Below, piece after piece: positions 11,726 to 24,689 of a DNA stretch of 64,000 nucleotides. The notes beneath the pieces were generated by a model. That model saw nothing but the letters and a program-made list of their open reading frames with translations. It was not told where the DNA came from and did no database searches. The stretch is from Dudresnaya verticillata. Lineage: Eukaryota. The stretch spans positions 62,001 to 126,000 of the forward strand of contig OZ374560.1 in the NCBI GenBank assembly GCA_977862235.1, read 5' to 3'. Every line of letters starts with the position of its first letter. The stretch's first letter is position 1. A program made the translations under genes and the position numbers.

Positions 11726-13810
11726 ATGCCGACATCTAACGGTGATACCACCCGGCCAGGTTTAACGAGCCGGGGCGGTAGCCGTACCGGCAGCTTATCC
11801 TCCATGAGGACCACGGGAGCAAGAACCCGTGCTGTAATAGCCGCTTTGGCTCGAGGGCCTATAGTAGGAGAAGTGGAACGCCCGCCCCGAATGGCGGGCG
11901 CACCAGGAAACGAAGATCCGTCTGCCCATGGCAAGGGATAGATCCCTGAAGTAGAAACCACGGCCCGGACTGCAGGCGCCAGCACCGCCAACAACGGTGC
12001 GAATGAGGGTCCGGACCCTAGTATGCTGCCGCCGCCGATGCTTCAAGCTGGCTACAGCCAGCATGATACAGGCGGACTGGCCTTAGAAGAAGAAATGACT
12101 TCATCGCTTCCGCCAGATATCGGAATGCCGATGAGAACGAAGGCAAACTCAACCGACCAAAGGTGCTTCATGGAGCGTGAGATTGGTCATTTGGTTGAGA
12201 CCGGCATCGAAAATGCTCTCGGAACTAGCGTATTGGCGCTGCTTGAAAGCCAGGCGGACGAAACCCTCACACGGGTAAAACGCTATTTCGACGACGCCAC
12301 CGCTCGTCGAGACGACCAGCTACTGGCTAAGTGCCAAGAATTGGTCATTTCTCGTGGCCAACAACGCCCCTTGAGGGGTTTAGAAGAGTAAAGGGTCGAG
12401 ACCCTACAAGCCCAAGTGGACTCATTCGGGGATCAATTGGAATCGGTTCACCTTGAATCAGATGAAGCCACGAAGGCTGCCGACCTTTCCAGGACAGAAG
12501 CCGCAATGGTTATTGCGGACGTTCAATTTAACGTAGACAACGCGAGGTGCGTTGAACAGTACAGAGCCATCGAGGTCCTAAGGAAAGAATGCGATGAGGA
12601 GAAGCGTCGTGTCGCTTTTCTGGAAACGCAGATGCTTCGCGTAATCCGCGAAAGGGATACTATCCCTGAAGTCATGAGACGACGCTCACCGGTGCCTCGC
12701 GGCACGCACGACAGGCGTAGGAGGCTACCCCATAGGGGGTCGGACAGTGGGTCCCAAGGTGAAGGAGATGGAGGCCGTTTCCAACAGGGTTGCAAGTGCA
12801 ACAGACCGATTGGGTCTTCTGCGCACCGCGAGCAAGTGGATTCTCATCGTGACAGATATTCAAGCCATCGTCACGCAGAGAATCATCGATCAGGGTCTCA
12901 CCCTAATCCAGTTCCATCGGATGAAGAAGGACCGGGTTCCCGTTCGCATTCTAGACCTTCACGGTCTTCCTGGAGGGGTCCCTGACGTTCCGGTGTGAAG
13001 GAGCTGACTCCTAGGAATTCCGATTTCATACAGGTACTGTCCTCCAGGAAGACCATGAAGGTCTAGAATGCGAACGGGATGCCTCCATCTCCTTCACCTT
13101 GGGACCCACTGTCCATAGAAGATATAGGTTATTGAACCTGGATGATTACCGCGGGCCCGAGGTGACCGAGGCGACAGCGAAGACAATCAAACGAGTCAAG
13201 TCCGTCATGTGGAGTCGCCGTTTTGACGGTAGTGACCCTGTGTCAACTATTGGCTTCTTAGCCACGCTGAAGAGACAGCTGGATCAAGAACATATCAGCG
13301 AAGGTGCCGCTATCCTCTTCATTCCCGCGTTCCTCGAGAAGGATGCCAAGGATATGTTTGAGGCGAATTTTGATGCTGCGGGTGACGACAATGGTGGTTT
13401 AACCGAATGGTCCGAAGCCGTAAACTACCTCCTTCGCACTTACGCAAAGGAGGTCTATATTGAGAGGATTGCATCTGAGAGGGATACCATGGCGCAGGAG
13501 CCAGCGGACGACGAGGTGACCTTTTCAAGAAGGTTGCAGAACAAAGCGCATCAAGTCGCTGGTGTATACACCGAACAAGATCTGATATCCCGGTTTATTC
13601 GTGGTTTACTACCAGCGGTGAAGCCGCTTTTAAGTACGTCCTCATTGGACCCAAGAACTGCCAGACTGGCAGATTACGTCGAGTTGGCGACAGCACAGGG
13701 AGATTCCCATCGCGCCCTGGTGGGCGTCGGACGAACGCCAAAAGCGAATAGGACGCTACCAAGGAAGACTTTGAAGAAAGTTCGTACCCACAAATCAGGA
13801 CGCGCACTCC
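11726..13810 (+). pseudogene. gag: Gypsy gag relic of element F
   Basis: RRYRLLN...FDGSDPVSTIGFLATLK...ISEGAA...VNYLLRTYA, homologous to gag of C (FNGTDPITVLGFL, VNFLLRTYA); in-frame stops. Confidence 0.85.
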
Positions 13811-13866
13811 TCATTGTCAAGCGAAGGATGCATCCGCCTCCGATTCGGATACGTCAAAGAGCAATG

Positions 13867-14621
13867 TGTAGTATAGAATTCGGGTCGATCTGACGTCTGA
13901 TACTCGCTGGTCCGAAGCCGTCACACAGACCCGTCGATGGGTAGGTGTTGTGCAGTAGAGCGGTGTAGGCCGCGGATCGACGGCGTCGATGCCGGAGCGC
14001 GCACGGGGCGTACCGTACGCGGGTAGGCAGCGGCTGGATCCCAGCGTCCCTGTCGAAGGGCGGCACGAAGCCGACGGAATGGAAAAGGAAAAGGAAAAGC
14101 CTACCGAGGCAAGGGGAAAAGGAGAACCGCCCGCTGGCGTAGAGGAAAAGGCATCGAACCCGAAGAGGATGGGGGCAAGCTTCAGCGCGAGCTGTTGCTT
14201 GCCCGGTTTACTGAGTCGTCGATGGCAGACGGCCATAAATGCCTTACAATATGTACACTACGGCTACTCTACAGTGGGGTACGCCCTGCAACACCAACGC
14301 GGGAGGTGTGCGTACGTGCGCCCATACACCTGTCGACATGTCCGGGTAACGGCTACCCGTGGGCGCACGCGGGGCGTAACGGGCAGCGGCCCTCTCAACA
14401 GCTCGATGCCGGAGAGCGCCACTGAGGCGCGCCGTGTGCGGCACGGCACGCGGCCGCTGCTGACTATAAGGCGATCGACCACCGCTAAAATCAACGTAAA
14501 AACTAAAGGCACACTGCACAACCACGACTTGCCAGCTGGGCGTCGTCGGGTGCACCATTACAGTGCCCAGCTGCGCACTGCTTACAGCCGCTGCTGATGG
14601 GGTGCTGATAGCTATAATACA
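13867..14621. mobile_element. Probable solo LTR (family G)
   Basis: Terminal inverted TGTAGTATAG / CTATAATACA; imperfect CAAT flank duplication; purine-rich block like other LTRs here. Confidence 0.6.
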
Positions 14622-15036
14622 ACAATCATCGCGAAGTCGTACTGACCAGCGTCATGAACGCTCTGAATCTGGTCAAGCTCGAAGTTGAGCTTGTCACATA
14701 ACGTGGCGGTGTACCGCACCTCATGCCAAACGGATGCGCTAAGTCCCACTGCCACGGACCCGCAAGGGCGGGCAGGCGACGGGTCAGGCCCGTCAGCAGG
14801 GACAGACGCGCGCGGGGGAGGGTATTTCAGGTACGGCTTTAGGCCTGGCGAGCTCCGCGACGGCGGATGTCGGTATGACCAGCGCCAGCTCGCGCTTTCA
14901 GGTGCGCTAGATCCGTACGCACCCGCCAGTCGCGGCTCTCCTTGATGGTGAGAGGCACTCCCATCTGGTCGACCTCGATCCCCAGCACGCCGGTGCTTGA
15001 GCCTGCGGTCCCATAAGCCATCTGGCTATTACTCAT
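14622..15036 (-). pseudogene. N-terminal fragment of the antisense accessory ORF of element F
   Basis: MSNSQMAYGTAGSSTGV...GVPLTIKESRDWRVRTDLAHLK matches 26334+ (YGQPGSSDNV...GVPADIAASRDWQVRTDLNHVR); downstream HDAGQYD matches FDAGQYR in E. Confidence 0.8.
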
Positions 15037-15232
15037 CCGACTTCTACGGGACGAAGAGGTCAACCACAACAGTCATGAGAACTCCTCTTTCCGAAAGAAA
15101 CTTGACGGCACTGCCGTAGGATGGTAGTAAGTCAGAAGAAGACGTCGACGAACGCAGCCGAAGAAGTGTGCTCGTACACGCGGACAGCCACCGCGGCTCG
15201 TTGAGATGGATGGACCACCACCTAGCGCTAGA

Positions 15233-15915
15233 TGTGGTGTAGTGAAAACCCACGCGATTCCGTAACGGACAGCTGGCCTTACGTTCCTTCACGGGACGAG
15301 AGTGACACTACCTCCACGGGGTGGTAGAGCAGTTCGCACCGACAGGGAGAACAGCGAGCGGCTAACCGAAAGGGATATTGGGAAGCAACAAACAAGAAGG
15401 TGGTACAAATGCCAGAACAGACTACGTAACGGTGGTGGTAGACCGCAACGGGCTCGGCGCGTGGAAACCCGTAAAGGAAAGAGCTACAGTGGGATTGAGG
15501 CTCAAGGGTTGCTTGGCCGTTTACCTGAGGACCCGCTGCGGTGCCGCCCTGATATACAAGTCAGGGTGACAACGAGCGGTCCGGTCCGTGTGGGCCAGAC
15601 CTAGTGGTCTGGACCCATGGTGGAATCGGCCCTGCTGGTCCCAATCTCCGACACGGACATGCGCAGCATTCTTATTTGGCTAGCGCGCTACTCTACACAC
15701 TGTACACAGACTCACTAAAAATAAGGAATAAATACTACAAATACTCCGCTACGGCTGGTGCGCTTCACTCCTGTACAGCAATGCACACCGGTGCACAGCA
15801 ATGCACGCCAAACCGACACGGATACACGTTGCCCGATCACAAAAGCGGGGGACCACAGCGGGCCACACTATATCCGTTCCGCACGGTCACCATCCACGAA
15901 ACTAACTAAACCACA
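15233..15915 (-). mobile_element. Solo LTR related to family C
   Basis: TGTGGTGTAG...AAACCACA; flanks CTAGA/GTAGA (4/5 TSD); shares GGGGTGGTAGAGC and GTGGGCCAGACCC blocks with the LTR at 34317. Confidence 0.75.
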
Positions 15916-16291
15916 GTAGATTTGAGAATGAGGGAAGGCGCTGGCGCGGGGCGCCAATGTTGCGGCTGACGATGGTGAGGAGTGCGGGTGTCCACGGGAT
16001 GTTGCAGCGTAAGACGCTCTGATGCCGTTGAAGTATGCAGCCACTTGGGGCTTTTCGCGCAAAAGCGAACAGAGTTCGTCGGAACGATGCCACGGGCACC
16101 GTCGAGATTGGGACGGCAAACCGGGTGATTTGTCACTATTGGGAGTCGTTGCAAAACGGCCGCCCGTGGCGGCGCTTACAATTGAGCCGTGGGCCCAATG
16201 GTCGACTGCTATTTCAACCTCGCAGAAGACGGGGCCAATAGAAACAGCCTTGCTGGGCTTCGCGGGTCTCTCAGCCTTAATGAAGGGGCCG

Positions 16292-16570
16292 TGTGGAAGA
16301 ATGAGCCGCAGCAGAGTGCCAGTGCACTGTACGTCAAGCGTGCGTATCAAGCTATAAGACACACGGGCACATAAAGCTGTAAGGCGCACACAAGTGCCGT
16401 GCGCTGTAAGGACAATGCGCCCTGCTGGCGTCCGTGCTGGCACCAAATTTGATGGCGAATAGGCATTGGGTTATGTATTGTGGCCACTCACACGGTCCGA
16501 CACGGTACTACCGCGAATCCGTATTTATAACTGACAATAGTATTATTAGATTAATAATTACAGCTAGAAC
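16292..16570 (+). repeat. Truncated 3' LTR of element F, preceded by a PPT (16279-16291)
   Basis: Colinear with 10567-10845. Confidence 0.85.
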
Positions 16571-16604
16571 AAGTCGCACCACATTCGGCGGGGGCGGCGC
16601 TACG

Positions 16605-16862
16605 TATGGTGTAGTGAAAGGCACACCTGTAAGGAGAGCTGATCAGGCAATCCCAATGAGGAGTGATCTCACGCGGCACCGGGGTGGTAGAGCTTAGTTC
16701 GTAGACCGAGGGGCGTACTACGAGCGGCAACACCTGTAAGGAGTAAAGGGACGCAACAAACAAGGGTACGGTACCGTTCCAGGACAACTACACCGGGATG
16801 GAGGTAAGAATAATCCGTGCACGGGGCTCGGGAGGGGAAACCTTGAAGGAGTATGATGGTAA
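16605..16862 (-). repeat. Fragment of a family C LTR
   Basis: Close match to 34317-34575. Confidence 0.85.
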
Positions 16863-17544
16863 TATGAGATGGTGCGGGTTAGTGGAATGGGTAATGCTCG
16901 ATGGTCGCGGCTAGAGGGGGGCGGACCCCGGGCAGACGAACCCTAAGTACTCAGTGGATCCGTAATCATTACAGTATCTTACATTCCCCCTTCTCTAACG
17001 TTGTGAAAACAGGCGGGAATGGCCGGGCGGGGTTTGCCGGTAATATCTGGCGGATCGTCGGGCACTCATCGGCACGGCCGGCGGTGCGCCCCGTATCCGG
17101 TGCAGTATTTATGTTGCACCGTACCGGGCGAATTGAGCGCGGGCCCGCTCATCAACCGCGTGTCGTGCCTTTGCTTTGGGAGGACTGCAGCAAGTAGTGG
17201 CTAGCTCCGGTGACGCAACTTTCTTCCTGTACCCTTGGCGTTGGGCGCGAGCATGTGGAACGTCGAGCACGTCGTGGGTGGCGCCGGCAAAACGGACGCG
17301 AGCGGGATTGTCCTTCAGCGGGGGCTTGTCTATAGATTTGCGACGCGCGTGGGCCGGCACGAGAGCTTCCACGAGATCCAAGAGACTTCTCTGCGTTTGC
17401 ACCATTTGGCGTTGGTATTACCTCACGTTTTCGCCACTGAGAATCCAGGTGTGGGTGCGCCATTGGAAGGTAAGAGTATTTGTCTACATCCGGATGACGG
17501 GGATATACTCGGGAGACTTGTTCAGTTCTTGCGGAAGTATCCGG

Positions 17545-17920
17545 GTGTTGTCGTGGACATCAGTGGACCGGGAGCACGAAGTGCTATTTCAAACGAGCGC
17601 AAGTATCAAGTACGGAGCATAGATAGGGAGGGCGTGAGTGGGGTCGATGGGGTGTTTTGATGTTATGGTGAGCAATCCGCCGTACCTGCCGAAGTGGCCA
17701 CGCTCCCGGGAGCAGAAGAGGGACGAGGTGCGGCTGCGAGGGGTGCCGGAGGCGTCACTTGTGCCGGGCGGGGGCGATGCGATGGCGGTATATGTGGACA
17801 TTTCGGAGAGCCTGAGACACGCAGGAGTGCTTGCGCCGAGTGGATGGGCTACATCGTGCTTGAAGTCGGCGGGATGCGGGGCTCCAACGCTAGCGTCGCA
17901 GTGTTTGCGAAGATATTCGC
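17545..17920 (+). pseudogene. HemK/PrmC-like N5-glutamine methyltransferase fragment
   Basis: GVVVDIS...A..N, FDVMVSNPPYLP, EVRL..PEASL..GGDAM..Y and GYIVLEVG, spread across three frames. Confidence 0.6.
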
Positions 17921-18109
17921 TCTCCCCGCCATGCGCCCCGCCGCTTGCGCATCCCCTCCGAGCCGCGCCCTGCCACCGCCAACAAGATTCCAGAAACGGT
18001 ATATGAGTTAGGCGACGGCTATTAAAAGAAGAAGGACTTTACTAGAAGCATGGACTATAAGCAGGGACAACAGCTGTACCTAGGTAGACTAATTAGCTAG
18101 TTTGTACAG

Positions 18110-18841
18110 CTAGCTCTCCAGTTTGAGACATAGTACTGTGCGAGTAAAGCGGTGCGGGTACTTAACCACTTTCTCGCAGTTGGGGCACTTGAATCTCTTT
18201 CCGTTGCGATTAACAACAAACGCCGGACTGTTAACCTCGTGAATAGTCTCGGCGTCGAGCCTGGCTTTCGCTCCGCGCTGATCGCGCGGAGAAATGCCAT
18301 GGCTCGCGAGGCACGCGGTAGTCATCACGTTCCTCTTAAGCTCTGCGTAGGTGCCGAAAACGTCTCGATCGGAGTGCAGCCCACAGTTTGGGCAGCCCGG
18401 AATGCCACGGCGTGCGCCCGCCCTGCCTTTCCCCACGCTAATAAAAACGTTACACGCTTCAACAGGGCAGGGGCAGCGGGCGTTTAAAAGCACTACTCGG
18501 CCCGAGGACACGGGTTGCGTATCCTCGCTGGTCCCTTCAGACCCACTCTCCGACGGAGAGGGAGTCTGCGGTGATGGGTCCGGAGACGCAGGGGGCGGGA
18601 CCGTGGCGGCGTGTTGGCTTGATGAGCCCCCGCGGGCGGCGCGTCTCCCGCGGGTGGCAATTTGCGTTCCGCGAGGAGGGCCAAGAGCAGCAATAGTCGT
18701 ATTAATGGTAGACGGTGGGGCGGGGGGGCTTTCGGACGTAACGGTAGGCCGGCGTGAAGCGGCGCCCGGGGGCGTAGCGAGAGCGTTGTAAAATTGACGC
18801 CTCGGCGCGCGCCGGTTTCGAATGTTGCGTCGAGGAGGCAT
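18110..18841 (-). CDS. Hypothetical protein with disordered N-terminus and Cys-pair (zinc-finger-like) C-terminus
   Basis: 243-aa ATG ORF; CPVEAC, CPNC and FKCPNCEKVVKYPHRF. Confidence 0.5.
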   Translation of the reverse strand: MPPRRNIRNRRAPRRQFYNALATPPGAASRRPTVTSESPPAPPSTINTTIAALGPPRGTQIATRGRRAARGGSSSQHAATVPPPASPDPSPQTPSPSESGSEGTSEDTQPVSSGRVVLLNARCPCPVEACNVFISVGKGRAGARRGIPGCPNCGLHSDRDVFGTYAELKRNVMTTACLASHGISPRDQRGAKARLDAETIHEVNSPAFVVNRNGKRFKCPNCEKVVKYPHRFTRTVLCLKLES

Positions 18842-21721
18842 ATTGAGGCTACGGAACGGGGATTGTGGGTTAGAAAGGGGTCGCTACCCCTAGGGTGGAA
18901 GTTGGGACATCAGTTGGCCTAATAGAATTGAGATCGGGAGATGCCCTACCTGTTTTCATGAAAATGATCAAAATAAGTTTAGACGTTTCATAAAGGTTTT
19001 GAAAACTTCGGTTTCTTCCAGAAGGATGAAAATTCCGTGGGTTCTTTCACTAATGCTTGAAATATTTCGGATGCGGTGTGTGGCTATTAGTGTTGACACT
19101 ATAGTTACTGCAGTACTGAGTTTTGAAATGATCTACTTTTTTGCACGTTTGAAACGTGGCATCAAATATTGGGTCGTTAACTGACATTCTCTTCATATTG
19201 CTTGCATTTGTCAATCGCTGAGCACTGCAGCAGAAATATTTGCACACACCAACCATGACAAGCGTACGCGGTGCAACGTTGCAACCAACATGTTGTGTAG
19301 CGAATGTTGCCTTCTTGCAAGATGCTGCTGCTGCCGTACTAGTATATTTAGGTCAGTAAGCAGAATGGTCAGTATTTTTAGGTCATTTACCGACATTACA
19401 TACCAATACTGATACTTTTCTATTCTACGCAGGTTTCATGATGCTCTGCTACAGATGAGCATAGTCCAGAGGTTTTTAATAGACTTGACTTGCGACTTGT
19501 GATTGGGAGTGTGGGCGGCAGCCGCTAAAGGTTATTACGTGGTTATATCCAATTGTAAAACCATGCATATATACGTATATGCCTATAGGGGTCTAGGGCT
19601 GAGATAGGTACGGGACGTACGTTGAAGGAGCTCGGGTAATCTCAACTGAGATTCTATGCCTGAGTACATGCCGGCGTATCCGTCAATATCTACGGATAGC
19701 TGCAGCTCAATTGAGCTTATCTTATCTTACGATATCACCCAGCTCCGATTCGTTTACTTAATTCATCAGGACCTGACTATTCATATGACTTGCAACTCCT
19801 GTTCTGCATCCTAGGATCTTGTAAGCCGGCGATTTTTAAGGAGCTGACGAAACACAGCAACGAAATCTTCGTCTTAGCTTTTCCCCATACCCCGTTCTTC
19901 ATACACACATCCAAGAGCCATTAGATTTTCCTCCCTCTCAAACCCCAGTTTAGAGATGCGATTCATGACGCATGCTGATCGTGATACGTCTTTTTCTAAG
20001 CATTCCGACTCCGAATCAGCTGCCGCAGCTGCTGCGGTATTTGAGATGAGTGCCTCGCCGTTGGTTGACATTGATGTGCGATTTGCACGTGCTCGATCTG
20101 TCAGCTCTCCACGGACAACTCCGTACGTTGTGTGTTTTCCGTGCGTGATAACGTAGAATGATCACGACGAAAACCACTATGCGGGCAAGGGTCTCTTTTC
20201 TCCCTCTGCACACATGTGACTACGTTTCTGTCGACGGATTGTGTCCTTTCTGGCTTCGCAGAAATCGTTACCATCGTAACAACAAGGCCTGTGTATATGT
20301 TCCGGCGCTTTCCGCCAGGAGGGTCTGTTCTTAACTGACTGTAACAGTCCGCAGAACAGTTCTGTACAATTCAGGACCTTATAAGGACCCTATAGGGTCC
20401 TTATTTGTAACGGACAGGAAGGCAGGCAGCAGTAATTACTCCCCCACTGTGGCAGCCACACCCACGTAGCGCTCAGTAGATACTGCCTCTATTCCGTTTG
20501 CAATCGGCTCTATTCCGTTTAAAAACGGCTTGCCGTGGCTTCGGGCCCCTATGGCCGGCCATAGCCCGTACCGTGCCCCATGGAGATGAGGCGTCATCGA
20601 AGATGCGCATCTTTTTGTGATCGTTAGACAATTTTCAACTCACCGACAGGTTTACTTCCGTCAGTGAGAGCTTACGTAATACAATCAAAGACGCTAAAGC
20701 AGCGTTCTCCTCGCCCTAATCTGCATATCTGATAGAAGACCTATCGTATTATTGAAAATAGCGGAACGAATATACTTCATTTTCCGATACGATGAACGTA
20801 ACCATGAAGGCCTTGCCTGCAAAAATAATCTATCATGATCGGTTGCAGTAAGGGCCGCGTCAGTGTACCAGAAACATACCATGCTGTAACGTACAATACT
20901 GCGATTGAGCATCTGATATTCAGCATTGAAGGGATTTGTTTTGTCAAATAATTCTCGGGTACAAATCCCTGATCAGGGCTGTTCTATTGAACGGTTATAA
21001 CTGTAAATTACAACAGAAAAGTTAACGTGAGTAACGGTAGTCAGTTTTTGTCGATCAATATCGCAAATGATTGCAAAGCCAGTTGCAGCTGGGAAATGGG
21101 AAATGGCATCTCCGTAGCGAACCGTTGGGTACTGCAGTAGTTAAATACCAGGCCTGGTAGCTGTTCAAAACCGCAATTGACCGGTCAATTGCGGTTTTGA
21201 CCAGCAGCGATCTCACAGAATATATGAAGTATATACTTCATTGGCTGCATATGGCTGTACAGTATACAGAACACAGTATTGAGGTTTCCGCTGCCATGTA
21301 GGGATATGTGGGCATAGTTGCCCGTTATGACGATCGTCACTCGAGCAGACTAGTCTGGAGAGCCCTTTCAGCGTACTTATGCGTACGCATACGTATCAAA
21401 CGGCCGGTGGACCGGTCCTTTGAAGGACCACAGAACGTATTATCTCTACTGATAGTAGATTGTTGAGCTCGACCACAATTGTTTTGCTTTTTAACGTCAC
21501 TGAGGTGCCAAACTATAAACTTTTCAGCATCGAAGCAGTTGCCATAGGTCTCCGAGACCTAAAATAGCTATTACGTCTCTCAAACTGTCGTTTCCGCAAC
21601 AACTTATTCTTATCAACAACTCCCAATAGAAGCGAGCTCACGATCGCATGTGAATTTGTCATTAATTTATTGCACTTTGTTGTCAGCTACCCCACCTCGC
21701 TAGAAGTAGAGCACGTCACTA

Positions 21722-24577
21722 ATGGCTAATGTTCTTAGCAGCGATGATGAAGATGAACTCCCTTCCAGCATATCAGTACCCATGTCCGGAACAGACTCAG
21801 ATATACCCTATTATTCCACACAGGCATGAGTTTGGAATTCGTGAATCGACTCAAAAGCCAATTGATCAACGAAACACATCAAATAGACACTCTGGATCCC
21901 ACGGTTTTTTGTCTACTGTCCTCAAAACGCAGTATGGCAACAAGCCACAGGATGATTCTGGAAAAGCCGCGAGATGCTTACTTCCTCTCCCACGCATAAC
22001 GATTCACACACAGAGTCTTCTTGCGGCTCAGATGTTCTATTACGAAAAGATAACCGGAAAGTTTCGTATATCCACAAACATCTACGCAGAAAATGTGTAA
22101 GTGTGTGCAGCTCCTCCGCTGTACCTTCCTACGTCACCGGTAGGATACGCAGTATTCATAAACCTCGATGGATACCAGACAGATGCTTTACAGTTCATAG
22201 AAGGTGCATCCTATTCGCTCTGGAAGAAAGCTGAAAGAAAATCTTCTGTCAGGCTATTCAATGAGCCCTTCGATGTGCTTCGAAAGACTCTAACCTGCTC
22301 CGGGATCAGGTGCTGTCCGCATACCATTTCCCGTTGTAGCAAACCGCACTCTAGAGTGTGGGACTAGAAGGCTCTTCGAGAATGGGAATTTGATGTGAAA
22401 GCTGAAACGCCGGAAAATAACCCGGGTCGGCCAACAAGCTATGCGCAAAATCAGGAATGGGAACTTGCTCGACAAGTGTTCTTCTTTGGGCAGAACGCGT
22501 TTCCAATTCACTGCAAGCACGAGACGCTGGTCGCTTCGAGACAGCACCTTAACCAGCTCCAGGAGCGGTAAATTTGTACAGACAGGCAAAGAAGAAAACC
22601 GAACTGGGTTTTTAAGGTCGGTAAGGAAACCGTTCTTCCCGGTATAACCCAAACCCGAGTACTGAACAATGGGACCCCGATGGTAAGGCGTCTCATCAGA
22701 AGCTCCAAGCTTCCGGATTTCATCGGCTGTGCTGAGTTTGGTACCTCAAATTCTTATCGAGATCCGAAGAATTGCAGCCTTGTTAAGCTTCCCGCAAAGC
22801 TGCAGGGGGCTGATCCACTTCTTGTTGACAAGTTGCTGGCTGATGCAAGAAATGGTATCTTATCGCTACGGCCTATGGCGTTTGGGAATTGTCCACCGCT
22901 CCCAGTTAAGCACACAGGAAAGCACTGTCAGAGGCCTATTCATGGGCAAGAATCCCCAGTGCTTACTCGTCTAAAGTGCGACGCTGAATACCACTTTCTT
23001 TTCCACTTTAACGAGGACCAGTCAATCTCTTGGGTGATCGCTGTCGGAAGTGGGGTCCATAGGCACACTTATCCAGTGGCACGGCCACCCCCTTCATTGG
23101 TCAAGTCATTCGTACATTCGCTTAGATCCTCTTCAGGGCCCCAACTTTCAAGCAAGCAAATTGCGGCTAACATTGAAGCGAAGTTTCGCCTGAACGCCCC
23201 ACTTGGAACAGTACGGAAGCTAAGAAACGAACTTAATCTGGAGCTGTACCCGTTTGGTCGGTCAGTACAGGCATTGATTGCGTCCCTTAAGATCAACTTC
23301 AATAATGATGAGAAGAAGTACATCCTATCAATCGTTGACGAAAGAGAACAAGATGTGGCGAGAAGGGCTCGCGATCAAATCGGTGTTTCCATTATCCTCT
23401 GCAATACCGATCTTCTACAAAGAGCTGTAAAGAAACCAATACTTGGTTGCGATGGTAATTCGGAACCGTAAGAAGCTACGAGGATGACATGAACTTCGAA
23501 CTCAACACAATTGTAGCGAAGGACCCGGAAACAGGGAAAGTGTTCGCAGTGATGCGGCGAGTAGCTTCAAGGAAGACATTGGCAGCGGTGAGCTTGTCTC
23601 AAGAATGAAGGCAATGGGACTACGAGACCCTCTGGATTCCCAACCTAGAAGAAAAAAGTTCACCATGGCCACTGATTACGAAACGAAGTATGCTTTTGCA
23701 CTATGCAGTACTCTGAGCGAAACATTTTCATCAGGCATGCCTATGACCTACATGGATTCAGTTTGTTATGGGTGTGATGTACATACGAAGCGCATTATCC
23801 TGGAAAAATGCGACTTTCGGACATAACCAGATGTATACAGCTGGGCAGTTCGGACTCGCAATGTGTCTAGCACCGAGGCTGCTAAAGAAGCACGCAGTGT
23901 CATGTATGGAATTCGGGGAAAGTGGGAAGCTTTCGCACAGTGGCTGAGCAACAATCAGGCGGCATACAGGCTGTGGTTCATTCACACATGTTGTCAAATA
24001 CCTATGTCGGAGCTATCCGAAACTGTTTGGACACAAATGCTTGTGAATCAATGAATGCAAGAATCAAAGCCCTTCCAAACTACTTGCAGACGAACAAGAG
24101 AGGGGTTGATCTCATCGAATTGGTCCAGAGCTTGAGTGATATGGACAGGGCAGATTCGCAATGGACAGGGAAGATTCGCAAAACCTTTCCAGAATTAGAC
24201 CTGATCTGGGGATTCAGTACTGTGGGAAAGCAGACTGGCAAAGATTGCAGGCAAAGAACAGAAAGAGGCATTGCGATGAAGTAATTGTTATCAATGATGA
24301 GCCTGTGTCAGCATCCCATCCGAGGAGGGCGAAAAAGGGGCGTAGTTCCAAGAAAGTTGTGGGAGAGGATAAGATTTCTACGGAAGGAGAAAGGTTCTGC
24401 ACACAGAGATTGAAGAGCTACGAAAGACGACTCTGCAGCTCGCTCAACTGGTGCAAACATGTCAGAGAAGCAGGGAAGTGGTCAGGAGAAACATTACGCT
24501 TGAAAAAGGCATTGGGTGCGGACACAATTACTAAGTTCGGTAATTGGATGTATGGAATGAAGTTGGTATGTAAATGA
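21722..24577 (+). pseudogene. Decayed Mutator-like (MULE) DDE transposase
   Basis: Cys/His N-terminal region (TCSGIRCCP; KC...HRH), then DG(T)F, TDYE, CDVH (CxxH) and TNACESMN, the MULE catalytic signature order; many stops and frameshifts. Confidence 0.75.
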
Positions 24578-24689
24578 GGTCAAAATATTGGTCTTCAGCA
24601 TCAATGATGTCATTAGTTGTGTCTCATTAGAGTCATTGTGGGGTTAAGTGAATAAAATTAACAACTTGTGTCTTCGTTGTTCTGCATGT

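Larger units (their letters stand above)
10567..16570 (+). mobile_element. Internally deleted Gypsy element (family F): 5' LTR, PBS, gag relic, no pol, antisense ORF N-terminus, PPT, truncated 3' LTR
   Basis: LTR 10567-11218 (TGTGGAAG...CTACTACA) is repeated at 16292-16570 after the purine tract AATGAAGGGGCCG. Confidence 0.85.
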
